Source: an uncultured Kiloniellales bacterium (GTDB lineage Bacteria > Pseudomonadota > Alphaproteobacteria > Kiloniellales > JAKSDN01). From it: DNA of 64,000 nucleotides. Both the position numbers and the translations under genes were made by a program. Where the stretch lies: contig CAMYKD010000018.1 of assembly GCA_947258885.1 (NCBI GenBank), positions 27,150 to 91,149 on the forward strand, in the 5' to 3' direction. Every line of letters starts with the position of its first letter. Position 1 is the first letter of the stretch. Below the pieces are notes generated by a model. That model saw only the letters and a list, made by a program, of their open reading frames with translations. It searched no databases and was not told the origin of the DNA. Shown one piece after another: positions 44,892 to 53,809 of the stretch.

Positions 44892-45518
44892 ATGGAGATT
44901 TCCGAGCTGCGCCACGATCTGGTGCGCAACAATCTGAGATTTCTGAGGCTCTGGCTGCAACGGCCGGCGCGCCTCGGCGCCCTTGTGCCCAGCGGCAGGA
45001 GCCTGGCCGCGGCCATGGCCGCTGAAATCGATACGACGGCCCCGGGCGCGGTGGTCGAGCTGGGCGGCGGAACCGGCAACATCACGGCGGCCCTGCTGGA
45101 CATCGGTACCGATCCCCGGGACATCGTGGTGATCGAGCGCGAGCCCTCGCTCTGCCGCGTCATCGCCAGGCGCTTTCCCCAGATCCGCGTGATCTGCGGC
45201 GACGCCACCAAGCTGCGCGGCCTGTTGCGCCGGGCCGGGATCGGACCGGTCAAGGCCGTGGTCTCGGGCTTGCCGCTCCTGGCGATTCCCAAGCGGGCCG
45301 AGCGCCTGATCGTCGCCCAGGCCTTCGACGTCCTGGCCGACTACGGCGTCCTCATCCAGTTCACCTACGGCCCGAGGGCCCCGATCTCGCGTGCGGTCGC
45401 CAGCGGGCTCGATATCGCCGGCGACCGTTCCCATTGGGTGCTCGGCAACCTGCCGCCCGCCGCAGTCTGGCAGTACCGGCGCCGGGCCGAGTCACGGGAT
45501 ATCGCCGGCGCGGCCTAA
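44892..45518 (+). CDS. class I SAM-dependent methyltransferase (phospholipid N-methyltransferase PmtA / rRNA adenine MTase-like)
   Basis: Start at MEISELRHDL. SAM motif: VVELGGGTGNITAALL. Confidence 0.7.
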   Translation: MEISELRHDLVRNNLRFLRLWLQRPARLGALVPSGRSLAAAMAAEIDTTAPGAVVELGGGTGNITAALLDIGTDPRDIVVIEREPSLCRVIARRFPQIRVICGDATKLRGLLRRAGIGPVKAVVSGLPLLAIPKRAERLIVAQAFDVLADYGVLIQFTYGPRAPISRAVASGLDIAGDRSHWVLGNLPPAAVWQYRRRAESRDIAGAA

Positions 45519-45635
45519 GTGCCCTTCCCGCGCCTCTTGCCAGATGGCGCGGCATTCAGCACGATCCGGACCCAGGGACTCCGAACGCAGGGCGCACCGC
45601 CCCGCGCGAACCCAATTCCAGGGAGGTCCGGGCGC

Positions 45636-46373
45636 TTGAGTCAAACGGGGCGATCGGAACGCGAATTGACCGTCGAGGTCTGGCGCGGCGGCGCGGAGGG
45701 CCGCTTCGAGCGCTACCGGGTACCGGCGCGGGAGAACCAGAGCGTGCTCGACCTGGTCACCTGGGTGCAGCGCCACCTCGAGCCGGCCCTGGCCTACCGC
45801 TTCGCCTGCCGAGTCGGCATGTGCGGGTCCTGCGCCATGACCGTGAACGGCCGGCCGCGCTGGACCTGCCGCACTCACGTCGGCCAAGTCGCGAAAGGCG
45901 GCCGCCTTAAGATCGCGCCGCTCGGCAACCTGCCGGTGATCCGCGACCTGGTCACCGACATGACCCCGTTCTTCGAGAAGTGGCAGAGGGCGCGCGGGCG
46001 CTTCTCCCCGACCCGCACGCGCGAGGACGAACCGGCTGCGGTCGACCCCGGCAGCAAGGCGAGGCGCGCGGCCGACGCCGGCATCGAGTGCATCAACTGC
46101 GCGGTCTGCACGGCCGCCTGCGACGTTGTGCGCTGGAACCCGGACTACTTGGGTCCGGCGGCGCTCAACCGGGCCTGGACGCTGATCAACGACGCGCGCG
46201 ACGGCGCACGGGCGGCACGTCTCGCGGCAGTCTCGGGCGCGGCCGGCTGCCACAACTGCCACAGCCACCAGGGCTGCGCCGAGCACTGCCCCATGGGCCT
46301 CAACCCAACCGCCGCCATCGCCGGTCTGAAGCGTGCCTCGCTGATCGCCCTGCTCAAGGGGGAGCTGTCGTGA
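45636..46373 (+). CDS. succinate dehydrogenase/fumarate reductase-type iron-sulfur subunit
   Basis: TTG 45636 (GGGAGG RBS). [2Fe-2S] motif: CRVGMCGSCAMTVNG. Further clusters: CINCAVCTAAC and CHNCHSHQGCAEHCP. Confidence 0.8.
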   Translation: MSQTGRSERELTVEVWRGGAEGRFERYRVPARENQSVLDLVTWVQRHLEPALAYRFACRVGMCGSCAMTVNGRPRWTCRTHVGQVAKGGRLKIAPLGNLPVIRDLVTDMTPFFEKWQRARGRFSPTRTREDEPAAVDPGSKARRAADAGIECINCAVCTAACDVVRWNPDYLGPAALNRAWTLINDARDGARAARLAAVSGAAGCHNCHSHQGCAEHCPMGLNPTAAIAGLKRASLIALLKGELS

Positions 46374-46711
46374 CCGCGTGGCTTTCCCTGCTCCAGCGCC
46401 TTTCCGCCCTGGTCCTGGCGCCGCTGGTGCTGGTCCACCTGGGGCTGATGGTCTATGCCATCGGCGACGGGCTCACCGCGGCCGAGATCCTGGGGCGCAC
46501 CCGGGGCAGCCTGTTCTGGGCCTTGTTCTACGGCCTCTTCGTGATCGCGGCGGCGGTGCACGGGCCGATCGGCCTGCGCACGGTGCTCGCCGAGATGACA
46601 GCTTGGCGCGGCCGGAGCCTGGACCGCGCCCTGCTCGCCTTCGGCCTGGTGCTGCTCGCGCTGGGCGCGCGCGCCGTTCTCGCGGTGGTGCTGCCGGGGG
46701 CAGCTCCGTGA
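46370..46711 (+). CDS. Sdh/Frd-type small hydrophobic membrane anchor subunit
   Basis: GTGA overlap with the upstream stop. 113 aa with 3 TM segments. Contains His (LVLVHLGL, AAAVHGPIG). Confidence 0.65.
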   Translation: MTAWLSLLQRLSALVLAPLVLVHLGLMVYAIGDGLTAAEILGRTRGSLFWALFYGLFVIAAAVHGPIGLRTVLAEMTAWRGRSLDRALLAFGLVLLALGARAVLAVVLPGAAP

Positions 46712-47046
46712 TCCGGCCGCACCGCAACCACCCGGGCTATTGGGCCTTCGTGCTGCACCGCCTGTCGGGCGTCGTCCTGGCGCTCTTCCTGCCGGCCCAT
46801 TTCCTGGTTCTCGGTCTGGCGGTCGAAGAAGCGGCGCTCGACTCCTTCCTCTCGTGGTCTGACGCGCCGCTGGCGAAATTGGCCGAAAGCGGCCTCGTCG
46901 TCCTGCTTGCCGTTCACCTAACCGGCGGCCTTCGTCTGCTCGCCCTCGAGCTCCTGCCCTGGTCCGACCGCCAGAAGGGCTTAATCGCGCTCGCCACCGG
47001 CCTGGCCCTCGCCGCTGGCGGTCTGTTCCTACTGAGCGCGGGTTGA
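46708..47046 (+). CDS. Sdh/Frd-type membrane anchor/cytochrome b-like subunit
   Basis: GTGA overlap with the upstream stop. 112 aa with 3 TM segments (HRLSGVVLALFLPAHFLVLG). Confidence 0.65.
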   Translation: MIRPHRNHPGYWAFVLHRLSGVVLALFLPAHFLVLGLAVEEAALDSFLSWSDAPLAKLAESGLVVLLAVHLTGGLRLLALELLPWSDRQKGLIALATGLALAAGGLFLLSAG

Positions 47047-47050
47047 GCCA

Positions 47051-48785
47051 ATGCCCGAACACTTCACCACCGACATCCTGATCATCGGCGCCGGGGGGGC
47101 GGGGCTGTTCGCGGCGTTGCACACCAAGCAGGCGGCGCCGGAGCTCGAGGTCACGGTCGCGGTCAAGGGGCTGCTCGGCAAATGCGGCTGCACGCGCATG
47201 GTCCAGGGCGGCTACAACGTGGCCCTGGCGCCCGCCGACTCGCTCGAGCGGCACTTCATGGACACCATCGTCGGCGGCAAGTGGCTGCCGCGCCAGGATC
47301 TCGCCTGGCGCCTGGTCGAGGGCGCGGTCGAGCGGATCCGCGAGCTGGAGAACGAGCTCGGCTGCTTCTTCGACCGCAACCCGGACGGCTCCCTGCACCA
47401 AAAGGCCTTCGCCGGGCAGAGCTTCGACCGCACGGTGCACAAGGGGGATCTCACCGGCATCGAGATCATCAACCGCCTGTCCGAGCAGGTCTGGGCGCGC
47501 GACATCAAGCGCCTCGAAGAGCACCGTGCCGTCGCCCTCGTCCCGGCCGCCGCGGGTGACGGGCTTGCCGGCGTGCTTTTTCCGCGTGATCCAGGCCAAG
47601 GCCGTGCTGCTGGCGGCCGGCGGCGGGCCCACCATGTACCTCTACCACACGCCCTCGGGCGACAAGGCCTGCGATGGCATGGCCATGGCGCTCAGGGCCG
47701 GCCTGGCGCTGAGGGACATGGAGATGGTGCAGTTCCACCCCACAGGCCTGATGGCAGGGCCCGACACGCGCATGACCGGCACAGTGCTGGAAGAGGGCCT
47801 GAGGGGCGCCGGCGGCTGGCTCTTGAACGGCGCCGGCGCGCGCTTCATGACGGACTACCACGCCCACGGCGAGCGCGCCACGCGCGACATCGTCTCGCGC
47901 GCCATCTTCGCCGAGATGCGCGCCGGCCGGACCTCGCCCTTGGGCGGTGTCTTCGTCGAGATGAAACACCTCGGCCCGGACGAGGTGCGTCGCCAGTTCA
48001 AGGGCATGGTCGAGCGCTGCGCGGACTGCGGCTTCGACCTGGCCGGCGGGCGCGTCGAGGTGGTACCGACCGCACATTACATGATGGGCGGCGTGGTCTT
48101 CGAGCCCGACGGCACGACCGCCCTGCCCGGCCTTTACCTGGCCGGCGAGGATGCCGGCGGCGTGCACGGCGCCAACCGCCTGGGCGGCAACGGCGTCGCC
48201 AATTCGACGGTCTTCGGCGGCATCGCCGGCGACAGCATGGCGGCCTTCGCCGCCAAGGAGGGCGCGCTGCGCGAGCCGGACCCCGAGGCCATCGAGGCCG
48301 CCGTGGCGCGCTGTCGGCGGCCCTTCGCGCAAGCCCCCGGCGACCTGAACGGCCTGCGAGAGCGGCTGGCGCAGTTGATGTGGGACGACGTCGGCATCCT
48401 GCGCGACCGCGCCGGCCTGCAGCGGGCGATCGCGGCGCTCGAGGACCTGGCCGCGGAGCTCGAGGAAACCGGCATTCCCGACAGCCAGCCGGCCTTCAAC
48501 CTGACTTGGCACGACTGGCTCAACCTGGACAGCCAGATCCTGGTCAGCCGGGCGATCGCCCGGGCCGCGCTCGCCCGTGAAGACTCGCGCGGCGCCCATT
48601 TCCGCGAAGACTTTCCCGATGCGGGCGATGCGGAGAAAAGCGCGTATACTGTGGTGCGGCAGGCGGAAGACGGGCTCGAGGTGAGCCAACAGCCGGTCGC
48701 CTTCACCATCGTCCGGCCGGGCGAGAGCCTGATCGAGGGCGAGGCCGGGGCGCCGCCCGGCGCGGAGCAGGAGCAGACGGCATGA
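47051..48785 (+). pseudogene. Sdh/Frd-type FAD flavoprotein subunit, interrupted by a frameshift at a T5 run (47577-47581)
   Basis: The N-terminal part, in frame 47051, is DILIIGAGGAGLFAAL...GLAGVLF. The continuation RVIQAKAVLLAAGGGPTMY...MEMVQFHPTGL...HYMMGGV... lies in the frame of ORF 47526-48785. Removing one T would give one continuous ~577-aa protein. Confidence 0.75.
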
Positions 48786-49747
48786 TCCCCAAGGCGCTGA
48801 TCGAGGAGACCGCCTACCAGCTCATGTTCACGGCGGGTATCGAGATCCCCGAGGACTACCTGGCCGGCATCAAGGCCATGGCGAGCGCGGAAACGGGCGA
48901 CCTCTCGGCCTTCGTGCTAAGGGCCATGCTCGAGAACTGGGAGGCGGCGAAAGACGACCGTCGGCCGATGTGCGCCGATACCGGCCTGCCGCGCTATTTC
49001 GTCAAGGCGGGCAACGAGGCCGTCATCGAGGGCGGCTTCGTGGCGCTCGAGCAGGCGCTCAGGTCGGCCACGGCGCGAGCCACCCACGACATCCCGCTGC
49101 GGCCGAACCGGGTCCATCCGCTGTCGCGGCTCGACCACGACAACAATGTCGGCGTGAACGCGCCCGAGATCGACTACAGCTTCGAGCCGGGGGCCGAGTG
49201 GCTCGACATCACCACGGTGCACAAGGGCGGCCTGTTCGGCAGCGACTACCGCATGCTTTTCCCCGGCGACGGCATCGACGGCATCAAGCGCTTCCTGCTC
49301 GATACCCTGATCGCCTTCGGCAAGCGCGGCCTGGCCTGCCAGCCGGCCATCGTCGGCGTCGGGCTGGGCGGCTCCAAGGACGTCTGCATGACGCTCGGCA
49401 AGCAGGCGGCCTGCCTGCGGGTGGTCGGCGACCGCAATCCTGACCCCGAGATCGCCAAGCTGGAGCTGGAGCTCAAGGACCTCGGCAACTCGATCGGCAT
49501 GGGGGCGATGGGCTTCGTCGGCTCCTCGATGGTGGTCGATTGCCACGTCGAGGTCGGCTATACCCATACCGGCGGGATGCCGATGAGCGTGCACTGTTTT
49601 TGCCTGTCGTCGCGGCGCGCGGTGGCGCGCATCCACGCCGACGGCCGTGTCGAGCAGCGCACCGACCCGCAGTGGTTCACCCCCTACCTGAGACGGGACA
49701 CGGTCGAATGGCCTCAGAACGCAGCAGGCTTAAGGAAATCCGGCTGA
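48782..49747 (+). CDS. Fe-S type hydro-lyase (class I fumarate/tartrate/mesaconate hydratase) alpha-type subunit
   Basis: ATGA overlap with the flavoprotein stop. 321 aa. The Cys-ligand context (PMCADTGLP) resembles the CQDTG motif. Confidence 0.75.
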   Translation: MIPKALIEETAYQLMFTAGIEIPEDYLAGIKAMASAETGDLSAFVLRAMLENWEAAKDDRRPMCADTGLPRYFVKAGNEAVIEGGFVALEQALRSATARATHDIPLRPNRVHPLSRLDHDNNVGVNAPEIDYSFEPGAEWLDITTVHKGGLFGSDYRMLFPGDGIDGIKRFLLDTLIAFGKRGLACQPAIVGVGLGGSKDVCMTLGKQAACLRVVGDRNPDPEIAKLELELKDLGNSIGMGAMGFVGSSMVVDCHVEVGYTHTGGMPMSVHCFCLSSRRAVARIHADGRVEQRTDPQWFTPYLRRDTVEWPQNAAGLRKSG

Positions 49748-50388
49748 CCACGCCGGTCTCGGCCGACGCCATCGCGGCGCTCGAGCTGGGCGACGTGGTG
49801 TTCCTGGACGGCATCATCTACACCGGCCGCGAGGGCGTCTACCGGCGCATCCTCGACGAGGGGATCGAGCCGCCGGTCGACGTGAAGTTGCTCAGCAACG
49901 TCAACTTCCACTGCTCGCCGGCCGCCGCCGTGGATCCGGACGGCGGCTACACCGTCGGTGCGGTCACGGCCACGGCGAGCTTCCGTTTTTCCCAGAAGCT
50001 GCCGAAATGGTTCGAGGTCTCCGGCTGTAAGGTGATCATCGGCAAGGGCGGCATGAGCGAGGCCGACTACCGCGATGTCTTCGTGCCGAACGGTGCCGTC
50101 TACCTGACCACCGTCGGCTACGGCACCGGCGCGCTTCTGGGCCGCGGCATCAAGCGGGTGCTTGGTGCCCACTGGATCGAGGAGCTGGGCATCGCCCAGG
50201 CGCTCTGGGTTTTCGAGGTCGAGAACATCGGCCCCTTCCTGGTCGAGAGCGACCGCGCCGGCAACAGTCTCTTCGAGCAAAACAACCGCGCGGTGAACAG
50301 CCGCATCGAGGCTCTCTACCAAGGCCTGCGACAACCGAGCCTGAGCCGCTTCGGCGAGACCGGCGACCGCAAGGACGAGGTGATCTGA
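49708..50388 (+). CDS. Fe-S type hydro-lyase beta-type subunit
   Basis: Start at MASERSRLKEIRLTTPVS, 40 nt inside the alpha gene. Beta-subunit motifs: GDVVFLDGIIYTGREG and IIGKGGM. Confidence 0.7.
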   Translation: MASERSRLKEIRLTTPVSADAIAALELGDVVFLDGIIYTGREGVYRRILDEGIEPPVDVKLLSNVNFHCSPAAAVDPDGGYTVGAVTATASFRFSQKLPKWFEVSGCKVIIGKGGMSEADYRDVFVPNGAVYLTTVGYGTGALLGRGIKRVLGAHWIEELGIAQALWVFEVENIGPFLVESDRAGNSLFEQNNRAVNSRIEALYQGLRQPSLSRFGETGDRKDEVI

Positions 50389-50752
50389 CCGGCCGCACCG
50401 CTCGGATCATCGATGAGCTTTGGTATCATGCGATCCCCGGGTCTGTGGCGGCGTGGAGCACAAATTTGACACCGGATACCGCGTGACCGGCCACGTCTGA
50501 CTGCGCTATATTGAGAATTAGTCCATTAGTGCCTGTCGTTCTTGATCAAAATCCAAGATAAATTGCTGATGTTGCAAAGGATTACAACGATCCTGACCGG
50601 CGATTTCCGGTTGCGCGAACTCCGAACTAAGAGGTAGGAGTATAGACAAAACTGGTGGCATATTGGTGGAACCGTCGAGATTTCGGACAGGTCCGGCAAA
50701 TACAGTGCCGCTGCCCGCCTCGAGCGTGGTTTTCCACCATAGGAGCGTGTGG

Positions 50753-51043
50753 ATGCTTGAGAGGGTAGGTTCTGTTCTTCGCGATCTGGGTATTCCGTTG
50801 CCGGGACGGCGCACCCGTGGCCAGGGAACGGCGCAGGATGTCCGCGAAGGCATGTCCTTCGCCCGCTTGCTCTCGGCCAACGTCACAGAGACCGCGCGCG
50901 TGCTGGAGGTGGTCACCGATAGTGCCGGCATTCCCCACATTCGCTATTCCGTCGAGGTGAGAGATCAGAGCGGCCAACACGACGAAGGTTCGCGGGTTCT
51001 CGCCCAATCCTCCTTCCTGGCCCTGTACCGAAGGGTGAGGTAA
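50753..51043 (+). CDS. small hypothetical protein
   Basis: 96 aa from ATG 50753, with AGGAG 7 nt upstream. Sequence: MLERVGSVLRDLGIPLPGRR...IRYSVEVRDQSGQHDEGSRVLAQSSFLALYRRVR. I recognise no family. It lies in the AT-richer spacer. Confidence 0.4.
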   Translation: MLERVGSVLRDLGIPLPGRRTRGQGTAQDVREGMSFARLLSANVTETARVLEVVTDSAGIPHIRYSVEVRDQSGQHDEGSRVLAQSSFLALYRRVR

Positions 51044-51244
51044 CACCGCCGGTCTCCTCGGAGGGCGACGCCAAGCTCGGTCTGCCGACCGAATTCGTCA
51101 TCGGACCCCGGTGGTGGTCCTACCGGGCGGTGCGTTGCGCCCCCCGGCAGGCACGCTATTTTGAAGTTGCAAAAGACGGGGCGTCCCGGGACAATCAAGC
51201 AATAATAACTACATAAAAGACAGTAGGGAGGAGCGAAGGAAGCG

Positions 51245-51529
51245 ATGACCACGCTGACCGGCGCCGTTTCGAGCGTCGAGCAGGTTGCAGGCGGTGTCGT
51301 TGCAGGCGCAGCGCGATACATGGAAACGCTGGTTGCCGTGGTTCGGGCGCTTCGGGTGCGGTCGGGGCCCAGACCCGACCGTGAAGAGATGGATTTCTTT
51401 CCGGTGATCAAACGCTCAACAGATCCACTGGTGGGTGCTGTCAGAGGGTGCGGTGGACCCGCATTCACTGGTTTTCAAGGCGAAGGCGCAGTCTGTCGTG
51501 GGTTAGCATCCCGCAACGCTCTGTGCTAA
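51245..51529 (+). CDS. small hypothetical protein
   Basis: 94 aa. Strong RBS (GGGAGGAGCGAAGGAAGCG-ATG). No recognisable domain. The coding call is uncertain. Confidence 0.3.
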   Translation: MTTLTGAVSSVEQVAGGVVAGAARYMETLVAVVRALRVRSGPRPDREEMDFFPVIKRSTDPLVGAVRGCGGPAFTGFQGEGAVCRGLASRNALC

Positions 51530-51645
51530 CCTTAAGGTGAGAGATCGCCTCCCGACGCTGGAACGAGAGGCTGTCTTGTCAATGTGTTAGCCGACGAGCT
51601 GCAGAGGCGCCGCCAGCTAGGCGTCAGGCGAGGGAAGGTGCAGTC

Positions 51646-53106
51646 GTGTCCCTGACCTTACAGGTCAAAGATTTCGACCGGTTGCTGCCGGAAGCGGATT
51701 GCTCGAGGGTCCTCGAGACGGGCACCCTGACCATTGGTCGGGGGCTGGAGAACGACTGGGTGCTGCCCGATCCCGAAAGGGTCATCTCCAAGCGACACTG
51801 CGCCATTGAAGCGGCCGGCGGCCAATATCTGCTCATCGACATGAGCTCCAATGGGGTTTTTCTCAACCGGTCGGATACGCCCATCGGCCAAGGCAATTCC
51901 GTTGCCTTAAAGGACGGCGACCATCTCAGGGTCAGCCATTTCGAAATCGAAGTGGGAGTGAGCGAACAGCGGGACACCGCCCCGGCCGGACACGCCGACG
52001 CCATGGGAGGCGAATCCGTGTCGACCTTCCCCGAACTCCCGGGAGAGCCTTCGGCTACCGATGCGTCGCTGGATGACATCCTAGGCTTTTCAGAAGATCT
52101 CGAGCCCGCGCGCGAGCAGCAAGCGGAGCCCGGCTCCATATCCGGTCACGATCTCTTCGCGCCGGAGCCCGCCGGCGAAAGCGTATCCCCGGATTTCACC
52201 GCCGAGATGGAGCACGCGCCCCTGGACCAGGATTTCCTGCAGGTTCCCGAACCGGTCCCCGACGCGGCTCCGGAGATCCCGGACGATTGGGACGAGGAAT
52301 GGACACCCGCCGAAGCGCCGGCCCAGCACGCGGAATCCGGTGACACGTCGTCCTGGCCGGACAGCGACGACCCCTTTGGCCCGGCCGCGGCGCCAGGGCC
52401 GGACCTGGCCGAGAGCGAGGCGCCGCCGCCGCTGCCGCCGGAACAACCGACGGCGGCCCCGTCCCGGGCTCGTCGGGCGCCCCAACCGGCCGCGCAGCCG
52501 CCGGCAATAGCCGCGAAAAAAGCGCTCGAGGCTTTCTACGCGGGTGCCGGACTGAGCGAGGTCGAAATCCCCGAGGCGGAGGTCGCACAGACGCTGGAGA
52601 TGCTCGGCACGCTTTTCCGCGAGGTCGTGCAGGGACTGATGGAGGTGCTGGCGGCGCGCAGCAGCATCAAGAGCGAATTCCGCCTGTCCCAGACGATCAT
52701 TCAGCCGGTCGAGAACAATCCCTTGAAGTTCTCGCTCGGCGTGGATGATGCCTTGATCGCGCTGCTCACCAAGCACGGCAAGGGGTATCTGCCGCCCGTC
52801 GACGCGATCCAAGAGGCTCTCGACGACATCAAGGCCCATCAGGTCGCCGTGCTGGCCGGTATGCAAGTGGCCTTGACCAGCCTCCTGGCGCGCTTCGACC
52901 CCAATGCTCTCGAGACACGGATCGGCCAGGAGAAGGGGATCGGGACACTGTTGACGGCAAAGAAATCCCGCTATTGGGACGAGTTCACTCGCCTGTACCA
53001 GAACATCGCCGTGGAAGCCGAGGACGATTTCCAACGCGTGTTCGGGCGCGAGTTCGGCCGTGCTTACGAGGACCAAGTTCGCAAGCAGGGCAAACGCCGC
53101 ACCTGA
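51646..53106 (+). CDS. tagH: type VI secretion system FHA-domain protein TagH (Fha)
   Basis: 486 aa. N-terminal FHA domain: LTIGRGLENDWVLPDPERVISKRHCAIEAAGGQYLLIDMSSNGVFLN. Then a Pro/acidic linker and a conserved TagH C-terminal domain. Confidence 0.9.
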   Translation: MSLTLQVKDFDRLLPEADCSRVLETGTLTIGRGLENDWVLPDPERVISKRHCAIEAAGGQYLLIDMSSNGVFLNRSDTPIGQGNSVALKDGDHLRVSHFEIEVGVSEQRDTAPAGHADAMGGESVSTFPELPGEPSATDASLDDILGFSEDLEPAREQQAEPGSISGHDLFAPEPAGESVSPDFTAEMEHAPLDQDFLQVPEPVPDAAPEIPDDWDEEWTPAEAPAQHAESGDTSSWPDSDDPFGPAAAPGPDLAESEAPPPLPPEQPTAAPSRARRAPQPAAQPPAIAAKKALEAFYAGAGLSEVEIPEAEVAQTLEMLGTLFREVVQGLMEVLAARSSIKSEFRLSQTIIQPVENNPLKFSLGVDDALIALLTKHGKGYLPPVDAIQEALDDIKAHQVAVLAGMQVALTSLLARFDPNALETRIGQEKGIGTLLTAKKSRYWDEFTRLYQNIAVEAEDDFQRVFGREFGRAYEDQVRKQGKRRT

Positions 53107-53156
53107 AGCCCGAACCGGGGGGAGGTGCGAAAAGAGTAAAAGGGAAGGACCGGAGC

Positions 53157-53678
53157 ATGAGACCTGTCAACAAGCAGACCGCCCGGATTTTGCTGCTTTT
53201 CGGCATGGTCGTGCCCGTGTTGTCGGGATGCATCGCGGACGCGGCCTCGGGTGTTACCACGGCGCTCATCGATAAGATATTCGAGCCCGGCGCGACCTCG
53301 ATAGAGGCGAATATTGTCGCTGCCGAGGACTTGAACCCGGATTACGACGGCCAGGCGTCTCCGCTCGTCGTGCGCATGTACGAGCTAAAGTCGCCGACGG
53401 CCTTCAACAATGCGTCCTTTTTCGCCCTGTACGACAGCGACGTGGCCGAATTGGGCGACGACCTCAAGGGCAAGGAGGAAATCGAGCTGCGGCCCGGCGA
53501 CAAGCTCGAGTTGGAGCGCGAGCTGCAGCCAGAGACGCGCTTCGTCGGCTTTATCGCGGGCTATCGGGACATCGAGAACGCCTCGTGGCGGGCCGTGGCC
53601 GAGGTGCCCGAGGGCGAGACGACCGACCTGAAGATCGACTTCGGTCGGCTAGCCGTGAAGATCGTCGAAGTAGACTGA
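53157..53678 (+). CDS. tssJ: type VI secretion system lipoprotein TssJ
   Basis: ATG 53157. Lipobox: VPVLSGC. TssJ core: LNPDYDGQASPLVVRMYELKS...FFALY. Confidence 0.85.
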   Translation: MRPVNKQTARILLLFGMVVPVLSGCIADAASGVTTALIDKIFEPGATSIEANIVAAEDLNPDYDGQASPLVVRMYELKSPTAFNNASFFALYDSDVAELGDDLKGKEEIELRPGDKLELERELQPETRFVGFIAGYRDIENASWRAVAEVPEGETTDLKIDFGRLAVKIVEVD

Positions 53679-53809
53679 TGACCGCCCGGCGTCGTCTGCT
53701 CGGTCCTGCAGTCTGCCGCAGCCATCGGGTCTGAACATGTGTCAAAATTCACATACTGGAGCCTCTGTTTTCGGCATGAACAGAGCGACTTGTCATTACG
53801 GGGCCATGC

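Noticed and set aside
47526-48785. Treating ORF 47526-48785 as an independent gene (MPSPSSRPPRV...)
   Set aside because: Its first ~17 aa are out-of-frame read-through of the flavoprotein N-terminal part. The FAD-binding GxGxxG fold is only in ORF 47051. Together they form one frameshifted gene.
51125-51170. Possible sigma-54 promoter (GGCACGCTATTTTGAAGTTGCA) upstream of the T6SS genes
   Set aside because: The GG-to-GC spacing does not fit the GG-N10-GC rule, because TTGCA lies too far from GGCACG. It is not supportable without TSS data.
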